The notes beneath the pieces were generated by a model. That model was not told where the DNA came from. It worked only from the letters and a program-made list of their open reading frames with translations, and did not search any database. A stretch of DNA of 64,000 nt from Protoeuglena noctilucae (lineage: Eukaryota): positions 1-64,000 of the forward strand of contig OY253683.1 in NCBI GenBank assembly GCA_958009085.1, read 5' to 3'. Every line of letters starts with the position of its first letter. The first letter of the stretch is position 1. Below, in pieces: positions 13,611-26,187 of this stretch. The translations under genes and the position numbers were made by a program.

Positions 13611-13843
13611 GACGCGTGGATGTTATGAGACGCGTTCATAGACGCCGCGCAGACTCGGTGCTTGCCATTTGAACAGACCACGCAGGCGCACCAGCATGGC
13701 AATCGAGCAGTCGCCATGCCCGGCCTGTCCTAACTACCCTAACTTGGAGGGACTGCCCAGCCACGTTCGCGGCTCTGCTGCGCCGCCGTGTAGCTCAAAA
13801 ACAGCCTGGCTAGAAAACGGAAAGCGGATCGCGCATCGCACTG

Positions 13844-16800
13844 TCACGCCAGCCCCAGCTGCCGCTTGGCTGCCTGCGACACCTCGTGCACCTGGCCCAG
13901 GTGCTTCTCGAAGTCCATCGCCTCCTGGGCACCGCGGAGGCAGTCGTCGTCCCTGGGGCGCCCCAGGCCACGCGACGAGGGGCGGCGCTCGACGGGGCCC
14001 AGCCCGCCCTCCCCGCGCCCTCCCTGGCTCGCGAGGTCCTCCCGGGTGGCGCGGGACGGCGTCCGCGGCGCACGGCGGGGGGAGCCGGGCCGGGCGCTAG
14101 GGGCGCGGCTGGGGGGCAGGGCGGGGGCGGGCCACCCGGGCCCCGCCGCTTGCTTGGGCGCGGGCGATGCGGGCGCCGCCGGCTGCTTGGGCGCGGGCCA
14201 CGGCAGCGGCGGAGTGGCGGCGCAGATGAGGGCGCCGGGGACGCCGCTGTCGATGGCCACGGCGACAGCAAGGGGGGCCGCGGGGGGCGGCAGCCGGCAC
14301 CCCAGGACCTCCCCCACGGCGTCCTCGGCGCTGACGCCGCGCTCGAGTCGCTCCAGCAGCATGCGGCCCACCTCCTCGGCGGTGTGGGCCGAGGCGGGGA
14401 TGGGGGTGGGCCGGGCGTCCAGGGAGGCGCGGGGGCTGAAGTAGGCGCCGCGGGCCTTGGCCGCCGCGACCTCCTCGGCGGTGAGGCGCGGGCGGGGCGA
14501 GGCGGACCCGGAGTCAGGGGAGGAGCTGGAGGGGGCGTCGGAGGCGGTGGGGGCGCGGATGGCGTCAAGGACAGGGCCGGCCGTGGCGGCGGCTGCCAGG
14601 CTGGCCTGGGAGCTGGTGCGGCGTGGGCGGGGGGCGCCGCGCGCGAGGGAGCCCGAGGCGTCGCTGTCGGCGCTGGGGACGCGGGGTGAGGGGGCAGCGG
14701 CAGAGAAGGACGGGGCGCGGGCGGGGACTGTGGGGTTAGGGGCGGGGCCTCTCCGCGCGGCCCTGGCTGGCCGAGGGAGGGACGCGGCGCTCCGCTGGGT
14801 CTCGCTCTGCCCAGCGAGCGCGTCTGGGGCGAGCCCCGCGCCGCTGAGGATGCGCGCCGTGGCCAGGGCCGCCTGGGTGCCAGAGCCCTGCATGCAGATC
14901 CACGGCCGGGCTTGGGCCGCGGGGCCACGACTGAGCGAGGCGCTGGGTTGCTGGGACGGCTGGGGCGGTGGCTGCGGTGGCTGCAGTGGCTGGGGTGGCT
15001 GGGCGGAGGCGGCATCCATGGGGACCGGCCCCGCCTCTGCCGGCGCCGTGACGGGGTGCCCGGCTGATGTCTGCGGTGATAAACAAAAAAGCGGAGGTTA
15101 AGGACTCGGCAATGGCATGGCGCGGCTCGAGCGCTCTGCCCTCAGCGCCCCTCACCTCTCGCCGCTGGGCGTTGTGGCGGGCGGCGGTGCATGCCGCGCA
15201 GTGGCACGGCGCCGCGGGAGTGCCCTGCCGCGCGTGGTAGAGCCGCTCCGCCACTGCTAGCACCCGGTCGTACGTGGCACCCCGCTCCCCCGCTGGCTTG
15301 GCCGGGGGGTACACCTGGCGGAAGGCAAACCGCCCCGCGTTCTTTGCCTCCAGCACCGCCTGCGCCGTCTTGGTGCGCCCCACCGCCTCCTCCGCGCGCC
15401 GCTGCCTCTCCACCTCCCACAGCAGCCGGCTGCCCCCCCGTGGCCGGTCCCCCGCCTCCCCCGCCCCGCCCACCCGGCTCCCCTCTCCCCGGTCGCCCTC
15501 CAGCGGCGGCATGGCGGAGAAGTACTCCGTCGCCGCCATGCGGAACACCGAGGAGGGACTCGGGGCGCGCACCCGGTGAGAGGGCTCTTTGGACCACCCG
15601 GGGGCGCGCCCGGCATCCCTGGCAGCCCCCGCATCCGATGCGCCACCCGAGTCTCCGGCACCACCTCCCGTCCCCCGCCGGGGGCTCCCCGCCCCCGCCT
15701 GGTAGTCCCCGATGAGGCGCTCGATGCCCTCCATGCCTCTCCGCGACTGCCCCGCATTGGCTGCCGCGTCCCCGCCCCCGCCCCCGTCTCCGTACAATCG
15801 CCTCTGCCGCCGGCGCCTCTGGTTGGCGAAGAAGGAGGTGCGGTGGGACGCCTCCTGGCGCAGCAGGGCGATGGTCTCGGAGAGCATGGACAGCTTCACC
15901 ACGCGGTCGAGGAGGGTGTCCGCACTGGGGAGGGGAGGGAGAAGGGCGGTGGTAGATGCGGAAGTAGGTTGGCGATGGAAGGGGCAGCGGTGGGCAGGGG
16001 TGGGTAGTGGAGACAGGGACAAGGGGTGGGTTCCTCGAGAACCGCAGCTGACAGCAGGATCCACAGCAAGTCTCACCCGAACGAGGGCGAGTGGTTGATC
16101 TCGACCAGCCAGGGCTTGAGGGTGTCGTCGAAGAGGACGTCGAAGCCCAGCACCTCGAAGCACAGGGAGTCGTGGGCGCGGGGGTGGGACCGGGAGGGGC
16201 CGGGCGCCCCGCTGGACCCCCGCCCCTCACGACTGCGCACCCCGCGCCGGGACGAGCTGCGGGAGGGACTCTTGCGCCCGCCAGTCGCAACCCCGCCCGC
16301 TCCGTCCCCCCCGGCGTGGCACCCCACGGCGCAGCAGTAGGTGTGCGCCACATGCGGGTGGATGGCCAGCAGCGTCTTGACGGCCAGGTCCTCAATCTGC
16401 CGCCATAGGGCCTCGGCGCTCGTGCGGCGCGAGGGGTCGGGGCAGTGCGCGTTGTGCTGCTCGGCCACCAGCCTGCGGGGGAGAGGGGAGCGCGTGTTGG
16501 CACCGGGCACTGCCGGCCGCCCACTGCGTCGCATCGAACATGACAGGGAGTGCCACGGCGTGCGTCGCTCACTTGAGGACGGTGCTGAGGAGGCGCTTGC
16601 ACCCGCTCACGGGGTCGTCGCTCCGCGTCACGTCCGGCGCCTCCTTCTTATTGATGGAGAAGTTGGTCAGGTGCATGGTCTGCTTGCCGATGTTGCGTGC
16701 GTCCGGGGCGCGGTACGGCACCGTGGCCAGGCGCGCCAGGCCCTCCTGCGACGACACGGGCAGCGCGAGGGGTGTTCTTCTGTGCGGGTTGGCTTAGCTC

Positions 16801-18176
16801 AGCAGGCTCTTGCTGGACACGGCAAGCTCAGAGAGTGCCTGGGCGCCACTGAGTGTGAGCGCCCACCAGCACACACTCCCAGAACCCACCTGGTAGACGT
16901 GGAGCTCGAGGGGCCACACGGAGCGCACGAGGACGTAGACACGGCAATCGAACTTGCGCCCGTCGAGCAGGAGTGGCCGGTCGATGTACTGCTGGGCCAC
17001 GGCGCCCTCCAGCGCCGCGTCCTGGGGGATGTGCTCGGGGAGCTGCACGAGGTGGATGTTGCGGCCCATGGCGCCCGAGCTGGGCTTGAGGATGTAGGTG
17101 GGGAGGCGGCGGAGGGGGGGGGAGCCGGGGCTGGCGAGGCGGCGGGAGGAGGAGGGGCGCAGGGCCAGCATGGGGGGCGGGGGGCCGTTGGCGGCGCGTT
17201 GGTCGGGGGCGAGGTCGGTGGGTGCGCCGCTGAGGTAGACATCTCTTGCCAGAAAGTACTGCCCCTTGCTGCCGCCGATGAGGTCGCCGGAGGAGGCGGC
17301 GGCCAGGCCCATAGAACGGGCGCGGGCGCGGTGGAGGGCCTGGAGGAAGAGCTGGCCCTCGTCGGGGAGCAGCCACGTGTTGGGGTGGAAGGCGAAGTCG
17401 TCGGGGAGGGCGGCCTGGGGGTGGGGGTGCGAGGGATGGGTGGATGCGGGGAGGGGCAAGCACTGCTACATGCAGGGGTGGGCGGGTGGGATGGTAAATG
17501 GTGGAAGGTAGGGGCGGGTGGATGAATGCCACCATGCAGGCGGGCGCACGCACCGCCATGCGCCGCATGAGACGCGCGAGTGGCAGCTTGCGGCAGATCT
17601 CGAGCATCCCCGGGAAGTGGTTGATGCGCTGGAAGGGCATCATCTTCAGGAGGCGGTCACGGGAGACCGAGTGGTCCATCCACAGCAGGTCCCACCATCG
17701 GTCGTCCTCGGTGCGGCTGCGGTAGGGGCGGGGTGACAGATCGGGTGCAAGATCAGCTGGCGACGGGGAATGGCAGTTGGCGTCAGGTGCGACCTGATTT
17801 GGCGCGTGCAGGGCACGGATGCAATGGGCACGCCCTGCCCTGAGCACGCCCCCACCTGTACCCGCACAGGACCGTGGCGAGGGCGACCGCCTCGAACTTG
17901 CAGCTGACCACATTGACCTGCAGCGTCTCTATCAACGCACTGTCGTCATCCTACAGGGGGCACCGCAGGCGGGTCGTACGTCGGGAATGTGTGGGAGGCC
18001 CGCGGGTTACGCACAACCAGAATTTGGTTACCCAGCCTTTTGGCACTTCGCGGCCCGCGACAGCCCCGCAAGCTCACCTTGGGGACGCCCGCAACGCCGC
18101 TGCGCCGGAGGCTCTCCTCCAGATCGCGGCGGACCTCCCGTTCTACACGCTGCTCGGTTGTTAGAGTTGTCGTCAT
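13844..18176 (-). CDS. Tubulin-tyrosine-ligase-like polyglutamylase (TTLL6/7/13-like) with long low-complexity C-terminal tail
   Basis: [103 protein letters not shown] across GT-AG exons; the tail exons ending at 13844 join in frame. Confidence 0.9.
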
Positions 18177-18604
18177 CGCTCCGGGTGCGCCGCACGTGCG
18201 GGCGCTGCCCCGGTCTCGCGCAGGGAACCAGGAAACGGTGGGATGCAGTACAAACGCCCCGCTCGCGCACCGCCCGAGGGACCACGCATCGCCACGGAAC
18301 CCAATAAATTTCTACGCTACTCTAGAATGGCAGGAGGTGAAAAGGTCGGCATGCACCGGGCACCCACACATGCACGTGCATGCACGCCACTCCAGGAGCG
18401 TCACAGCGAGGAGCGTGATGGATTGCCAGGTGCCGTGGAAGGCAACAACACTGGCATGACCTGGGCACGCGATGAACGGAGGCGCTGATCGTGATCAATG
18501 ATCTGACGACAGCTGCCAGTGCCAATCACCGCCATGGGGCAACGAGCGCGTCCGCTGGGAGCAAAAGTCCCTTGCTGAACCTCTATGAATGCGGGCGGGA
18601 TGTC

Positions 18605-21600
18605 ATGGAACGCTTCGAAAAAGTCAAGAACCTAGGGAGGGGGGCTCAGGTGACCCTTTGGCACTCATGGCGCCTTGTTCAGGGCCTAGAGGGTCGATTC
18701 CGTGGCCATCCATGCGCGATCGGGTGAAAAGCACCGCACTCTCCCGCGCCGCCCGCGCCCGTCAACCCCGGACAGCTCGCACACGCAGGGAACGGTCATC
18801 CTGGTGCGGAGGAAGATTGATGGGTCGTACTTTGTCATCAAGCGGATCCTTGGTGAGCATCACTTGCGCCACTCGCGCCGGGCGCGGCAATATAGGACCC
18901 TCGGCGCGGCTAGGACAGCTGCAACGCACAGAATGCCGTGGGCCGCGCGGCGACGGCGCCTCGCAGGGTCCCCCCGCGGCTCGGCATCGGCTTCATGACC
19001 TTTGACCCCGCAGTGGAGGATGTGGACAAGAGCGAGCAGACGGACTTCACCACGGAAATCGCGGTGTTGTCGTCCGTCTCGCACCCCAACATCATCGGTT
19101 ACCACGGGTCGTTCATCGAGGATGGCGTCATGAATGTCGTTATGGAGTACGCCGACAACGGGTCCCTGGTGCGCGTGGCAGGAACTCCCTCTCCGGCCCC
19201 AGCGGCCGGGCGAGAACGCACCGATGACCTGCTGGCTTCCCGCCTCCCCCGATCCCACGCTGCTTGGTCCCGTGTCTCTCCGCAGTTCCAGCACGTGCAG
19301 CGAGCACGCGCGCCCTCCTCCGAGGACATCATCGTGAGCTTTTTCGTGCAGCTGGTGCTGGCGCTCAAGCACCTGCACAACCGCAAGATTCTGCACAGGG
19401 ACATCAAGACCAAGAACGTGTTCGTGACTAAGGCACGCGGCGCAAAGCGCTGCATGACCAGAGCCGCTTCATAGCGACCCGGCCGGCCTGCACCTTGCAC
19501 CACCACTGCACACCGCCATTGCGCAGCAAGCACATACCCCCGCCCCTCCACCCTCTCCCCGCGTGCCCGCGACCGCAGCAGCACCGCGTCAAGCTGGGGG
19601 ACTTCGGCCTGTCCAAGATGCTCGACGCGAGTGCGTCCTTCGCCCACACGGCCGTGGGCACGCCCTACTACCTGTCCCCCGAGCTGTGCGAGGGCAAGGC
19701 GTACAACTACAAGTCGGACATATGGGCCCTGGGGTGCCTGCTGTACGAGCTGTGCACCTTCAAGCACGCCTTCGACGCCACGTCCCTTCCCGCGCTGGTC
19801 ATGTCGATCATACGTGGGGAGGTGGAACCCATACGGCAGCCGTACTCGGCGCCCCTCCTGCGCGTCATCCACGAGTGCCTCTCCAAGGACCCGGGTGCGG
19901 CACGCGGGGGGCGGTTTAGGGCAACTCGAGCCACGCACGCGGGCATGGGGCCGCACACGCGTGCACCACGCTCGTCCACTGCTCCGGCCGACCCCACCGC
20001 GACTTGGCATGCGCCGCTGGAAGGAGCAGTGCATCACCCTCGTCCACTGCAGTAGTAACTCTGTCCTCTCTCACCTGTGCCTTCCCCGCTCCCCCGCAGA
20101 GCGCCGCCCGTCGGTGGACGACCTCCTTCGCCTGGACTTCGTGCAGGGGGAGCTGCAGCGCCAGATGCACCTGATCGAGGCGGACGTGGCCTCGTCCAGC
20201 GCCGTTGAGCGCCCCCTCTTCACGGCGGGCCACGTGGAGACAGTGCTGAGCCAGATGCGCAGCGTGCGGTCGCCTAACCGCAGTGACAGCGAGGCCAGCG
20301 AGTTCTTCTCCAACGATCGCATACTCAGGTGGGGAGGGGGGGTTGTGATGCGGAATGCGGGATGAGCACGTTCCTAACACCCGAGTCTCTGAGTCCTCTT
20401 CTCTCCCTGGCACAAGAGGGGGTGACCCGTCCCTTCATCTCACTATCAAGAACCCTTGGTCAACTTGCCTCACTCTGGCTCTCTCCTCCCCGCCCCCCCA
20501 GCGAGCTGGAGGAGGAGGAGGAGTTCATCCGCCTGCTGCAGACGCTGAGGGGGCAGCTGGAGGTGAAGGACCGCGTGACCAACCGCATGCCGTTGTTCAA
20601 GTGCTTCGTGGGGAAGGAGCTGGTGGACTACTTGGGTGAGGCATGGGTTATGCGGATGATAAATAGAGTGACTGGGTGAGGGCAGCGCAGGGGACCTTTT
20701 GGATGATTCGTGGGAAGGACCAGCGACCACTGGGTGCACCCGTTACCGCCGACCGCACCCACCCCCGCCCCCGCCCCCGCGCAGTGAACGAGTTGTGCAT
20801 GGACAGCCGCCCGACGGCCGTGCTGGTGGGGCAGCGGTGGCTGGACGCGGGCGTCTTTTACCACGTGTCGCGGTCGGAGCCCTTCAGCGACTCCGAGGCG
20901 TTGTTCCGGTTCGGCCAGGACGAGATCACGACGCTGCTGAACATGAAGGCCGTGGCGTCGGGGCCCGCGCAGGGGGTCGACGTCGTGGTGCGGAACCTGC
21001 AGGGGGCCATGCACGCGTGCGTCAGGTGAGAGGTTGCGTCACACACAGTGGGACTCTCGTTGGGGTGGGAGCAGCAGGTCTGCGTGGCTAGCTCGCCCCC
21101 ACCCCCCTCTCCCCCCTTCGCCACGCAGTGGTTACACGGTGGAGGACGGCGTGATGGTGGACTACGAGTCCCTGGCCACCAGCGACGCCTTCAAGGCCTG
21201 GTGCAGCTACGCCACGGAGCTGCAGCGGGTGCAGCTGCAGCCTATGTCGTACAACGCCAAGATCGCCCTCATCATCAACCTCTACAACATGCTTCTCGTC
21301 CACGGCTTCATCGCCATCGGCCCCCCCATGACGCACCAGCAGCGCATGCACTTTTGGAACCACACCGCCTACGCCATCTCCGGCATGGTCTTCTCCCTCC
21401 AGGACATCCACCACGGCGTCCTCCGCGCCAACCGCAAGCCCCCCCACGCCTACCTCCGCGTCTTCTCCGTCCGGGATGAGCGCGCGAGGCTGGCCGCGGT
21501 GGTGTGGGACCCGCGCATCCACTTCGCCCTCAACCACGGCACCAAGGGCAGCCCGCGCCTCCGCGTCTTCACCCCCGAGGGTTTGGATGCCCAGCTGGAC

Positions 21601-22173
21601 AACGCCGTCCGCGCCTACCTGGGCCGAACCGTGGAGGTGCAGGCGCTGGGGCCCGTGAACCCCCTGCGCGCCGAGGGGGGCCTCAAGGTCACGCTGCCGG
21701 CCGTGTTTGAGACTTTCAAGGAGGACTTTGGGGGAGACGAGGCCACGGTGCTGCGATGGGTGGCGCAGTACGTGCCGCAGAAGGACCAGATACTGGAGTG
21801 CGTGGGGAGGTGAGGGGTGGGGTGGGGTGCTTGCGGGGTGGAGGGAAGGAGGGTGGGGTGCGTGCCTGGACCCTGTTTGAGGTGACTGCCAGGCGCACAC
21901 GCTGACGCGCCCACGCACGACCCCGTTGCCACCCCCCTCCCCCGCCGCAGCTCGAGCATCCGCATCGCCTACCGGGAGCTGGACGCGACCATCAACAAGG
22001 TGGTGCGACCGGTGCCGCCCGGGTCGGCGCCGGGGTCCGTGCGCCGGGCATTCCGGGCACGCAAGACGGGGGGGGAACAGGGGTCGGGGCCGGTGCCGCG
22101 GGTGCGGGGCGACGGGTCCCGGGGGTCAAGCGAGGAGATCTCGCGGGGGTTGGGCGCACTGAACGTGAGCTGA
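18605..22173 (+). CDS. NIMA-related (NEK) Ser/Thr kinase fused to DEP and DUF547 domains (about 10 exons)
   Basis: Kinase: LGRGAQG, HPNIIGY, VMEYADNG, ILHRDIKTKNVF, VKLGDFGLSK, VGTPYYLSPELCEGKAYNYKSDIWALGC. DEP: EVKDR...KCFVGKELVDYL...AVLVGQRWLDAGVFYHV...FSDSEALFRF. DUF547: ALIINLYNML.VHG, FSLQDIHHGVLRAN, DPRIHFAL. Confidence 0.9.
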
Positions 22174-22407
22174 GGGCCCGCAGGGGTAGAGCTAGCTAGC
22201 ACGCGTTGATAGACTCGCACGCGGGCATGGACGAGATACGTGTCCTAGATTCAACACCAGCGGCTCGCCCTAGGAAGATCGAAGCCTGAGAGACGAAGGA
22301 AGCACTGCGGAGGAGACAGGGGGCAATGTGGTGAACTCTGCTCACAACTGGCGTCCCCCAGCCGCGCCTCGGACTCGGAGTTTGCGCATTCGTATCCTTA
22401 CCTCACG

Positions 22408-22814
22408 TCACGGCAACTTGGGCTGCTTTTCAACCGCCTTCTTCGCCATTGTTGCCGCCGTCATCCGGCCATAGGGCGTCTGCCCTCCCTGCGAGCAAGC
22501 CAAAGCACCTTCGAATCCTGTCAGTGCGCGATCATCCCTTCCCGCAATCGCACGAGCTACAGGGACGTCAGGGTCGGCCGAGGCTCGCGGGAGGCGCCGC
22601 AGACACGTCGGCAGCGCACCGCATGGTCATGCAGCCAGTCCTCCCACGCTTTCGCGAACCGCGTGTCCCTCTCCGCCAGGCCTCGGTCCCACTGGTCCAG
22701 GCCGGTCGTCTTGGGGCGCCCGTACGCCAGCTTGTGCACGCCACCCGTGATGGACCCCATGGCCCAAATGGCCCCCGTGATCAGGATGAACGGAGCCGCG
22801 GACTCCCAAGGCAT
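22408..22814 (-). CDS. NDUFA1: Complex I subunit NDUFA1 (MWFE), 2 exons
   Basis: MPWESAAPFILITGAIWAMG...VHKLAYGRPK..GLDQWDRGLAERD matches the plant/algal MWFE pattern; second exon GGQTPYG...PKLP* ends at 22408. Confidence 0.85.
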
Positions 22815-23299
22815 CGCGTCCCTTGACCCTGCACGCCGTCAGCGGTCCGAGCGGCCCCCGCGGGGCTCTGATGGCGCAGGAAACGGCCTTCGCGAGACCT
22901 CGGGCCAGGACACCACCTCCACGACCTCGCTCTGCAACGATAATGCGAAGACTGGAAGCAGCGAGGCGGCAGATGGACTCGCAAGGCACGGCGAGGTGAA
23001 ACGAGAAACCTGGCGCCAGTGTGCCGCGCTTCGAGACCTGGAGACGACGGGAGGGAGCCCGCGTGTATTTAGGAATACGACCGACCGCGTTGCCGTCAGC
23101 CAAGCGTGGCCGCTTTCGACCCGCGGCCCGCTCGACCTAATTCCCTGCGCTTCCCGAGCGTGTGAACGAGCGCGACGTGAGGACCAGCGTCAGAGCAGCT
23201 TCCAGGATCCAAGGCGCTTGACCAACCGCCGTCTCGGCGCTGCTCGCGTGCTACACCCGGTCCTGGGCGCTGGGCAGGGCACGGGCGTTTCTCGGACCC

Positions 23300-24595
23300 A
23301 TGTCGCTGCCAAATCTCAAGAGCTGGCGCCACAATGTGCACTCATGGGCCAAGCTCGCATACGAGAGCGTCACGGCGCCCAAGGTGCGGTCTCCCGGATT
23401 CCCTCGCGCTGGGAAGCCACAGCGACCCTTCGCAGCGGCTCCACGCGCACCCTGCCCGCTCGAAAAGCAATTGTCCCGGCTCATTCGTGCACACAGAGCG
23501 TCTCCACGTACGAGCAGGACGGGAAGATAACACCGGAGGAGTTTGTCCTGGTGGGTGGTGGGGGTGGTGGGCGCATGCAGAAGTTCTGCAGAGTTCTTCC
23601 TGCTCCCGTTTGGCCGCGTGACGCCTAGTCCTCCCTCCGTTGCAGGCCGGCGACTTCTTGGTGCGCTCGTGCCCGACGTGGTCGTGGGAGGCGGGGGACC
23701 CGGGGCGTGCCAAGCCCTACCTGCCTCCGGGGAAGCAGTACCTGGTGACGAGGGGCGTGCCGTGCAGGCGGAGGGCCAACGCAGTGCTGGGGTCGGCGGG
23801 GCTGGCCGAGCGGGACGTGGAGGGGGCGGGCGAGGAGGCATGGGTGGAGACGGGCGACGGGACCGTGGACAGCGGGGGTGCCCCGGAGCCCATCATGGAG
23901 ATAGGGGAGCGGGAGGAGGCGGCCGGGGGTGTAGGGGCGGGTGTCGAGGTCGTGGATGACGACGAGGAGGTGCCTGACATCGACGCCCTGGACATTGAGG
24001 ATGAGGCGGTGGTCACGTGAGGGCGCCGAGCTGCTGGCCTCCGCCCATCCATCCAGTCGTGACTCTAAGACGAAGTCATCACGTCATTGCTGATGCGTGT
24101 GTCGCCCGCAGTGGGTCGGGGGCCGCGGGCGGGGGCCCCAGCAATGACAACGTGCTGCACACGCGCACGTACGACCTTTACATTACGTACGACAAGGGGT
24201 ACCAGACGCCAACGTTCTGGCTCATGGGCTACAACGAGCTCCGTCAGCCGCTGACGGTGCCTGAGGTCTGCGAGGACGTCAGCGCAGAGGTGCGGGGCCG
24301 GGAGAGGCTGGGGCCAGCTTGGTTGGGTGAATCGCAGCTGAGGCTGTAAGTGGCGGTCGCGTCTCTTCCCCCGCAGCACGCGGGCAAGACGGTGACGCGG
24401 GACCCGCACCCGCACCTGGGCATCAAGTGCGCGTACATCCACCCGTGCAAGCACGCCCCCGTGATGAAGAAGCTCAGCGACATGGCGCGGGAGGGCGGCC
24501 GGGCCATCACGGTCGAGAGCTACCTCATCCTCTTCCTCAAATTCATCGCCAGCGTCGTGCCCACGATCGAGTACGACTACACCTTCGCCGCGTGA
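23300..24595 (+). CDS. ATG3: Autophagy E2-like enzyme ATG3 (5 exons)
   Basis: [57 protein letters not shown], catalytic [28 protein letters not shown]. Confidence 0.97.
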
Positions 24596-24617
24596 GGGCC
24601 TGGGCGCCCACTGCTCC

Positions 24618-25794
24618 TTAGTCGCTCTCCACGGGCAGGCCGTTGTAGAGCCACTGGCTGTAGCCGCCGCGGACGTGCATGACGCGCGTGAAGCCAGCCA
24701 CCAGCAGCTCGTAGCACGCCTTGAGGGACCGCGACTCCCTGGGGGACGCAAGGTGTCACGCGGTGAAAGGCACGACACAACGTGTCAAGGCCACGCATGC
24801 AACGAGATGGCTCCGCTGCTGCAAGCATCCGCTCATCTGCTGCGCGCGTACACACCACCCGCAGCACCCCGCCTCTCACCGACCAAAGTACTTGTCGGGA
24901 TCGCTGAACTCCTTGGTGTACCGCTGCCCCTGCGCATCCACCTTGCGCGCCGTGGACGTCTGCTCCATGGACCCCCCGAACCCGCACATGATCAAGCAGG
25001 GCTTGTTCTTGCCGCCCAGCGCCCGCTCCACCTCCTCCACGAAGTTCGGGTTGCGCTCTGCGGCCCGGAGGTGCCTGGCTGTGCCCCTTGCCCTCCCCGC
25101 ACCTCCCAGCCCAGTGTGCCTGGGCGCATCTCACCTCGCGGCGTCATGGCCAGGAAGGCGTACCCGATGCGCTTCAGGAGCAGGCCGGGCGTCATGCGCT
25201 GGACGGGGATGAACAGGGGCACGTTGACCGCACCCTCCGCGTGGTTCCGCTTGAACTCGTTCTCAGGGCGGATGTCGATGAGGGTGGCCTTGCCCTTCTG
25301 CAGTGGCGCAGCAAGAGCACGGATGACACCCAGGGTGCCGGCTAACACCTCGTCTCTTTAAGCGGATCCCCGTCACACTCTCGCTCATCCTCGCCTGCAC
25401 CATCTCCAGCACGTCCTCCACCTCGTAGGACTTGATGCCCTTGGACTCCAGCAGCGCGTAGCACACCGGCCAGGCCGTGTACTCCTCGCCCGTCATCGTC
25501 GTCACCGTCACGACGCCGTTGGTGGCCTTCTCGTCCCGGATCCACCTTTGATACGTGGTGTCGTAGCGGAACCCCGGCATCGTCTTGGGCTTCTCCTTCT
25601 GGTCCTTCTGGCCCATGGCCCCTGCAGACGCCACGCCACGCTCGCTATCCGAGCTATCCGAGCAGCTCACGATGCGGGGCTCCGTCTCTGTGGAATGTAT
25701 GGTCACCTGCACGGACGGCGCTGCCCACGCGTCGTCGAGACTCCGCCCGGGCGCGCAGGGGCCCGGACGGGCACACGCCCACGACCGCGTTCAT
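24618..25794 (-). CDS. Rhodanese-like domain protein, probably plastid-targeted (5 exons)
   Basis: LIDIRPENEFKRNHAEGAVNVPLF, ERNPNFVEEV, LIMCGFGG, ESRSLKACYEL..AGF..V.HV.GGYSQW...GLPVE; transit-like first exon MNAVVGVCPSGPLRARAESRRR. Confidence 0.85.
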
Positions 25795-26187
25795 CGTCTG
25801 ATGACCAGGGACCAACCAAACGCGCAACCAGCGCTCCTCAGCGAGTCAAAAGAAGCGTTAGTCGCGTTTCGAACCGGCTCGCAGGCCTACTGGCGAGAGA
25901 TGGCGAGGATTGCGTGTGCGCGGCAAGGAATGGTCGGAGGCCACGACCGCACAATTGCTCCGATCGTACCGCAGCTGTGTTCGTCAACCTGTGGTACGCG
26001 GGTCGGCGTTAGCGCGGATGTCCCGAGTGCAATCAGCGCTCTGAGGCAGGTACGCCCTGGTGCAAGCCGGCAAGTTTACCCACTCTCGGCACTCCCGCTC
26101 CCGTCTTGCAGCTGTCCACGATAGAGCGAGCGGTTGCTTTCAAGTCGGTCGGACAGGCTCGCCATGTGCGGCGCGTAGCCCGCGGGA

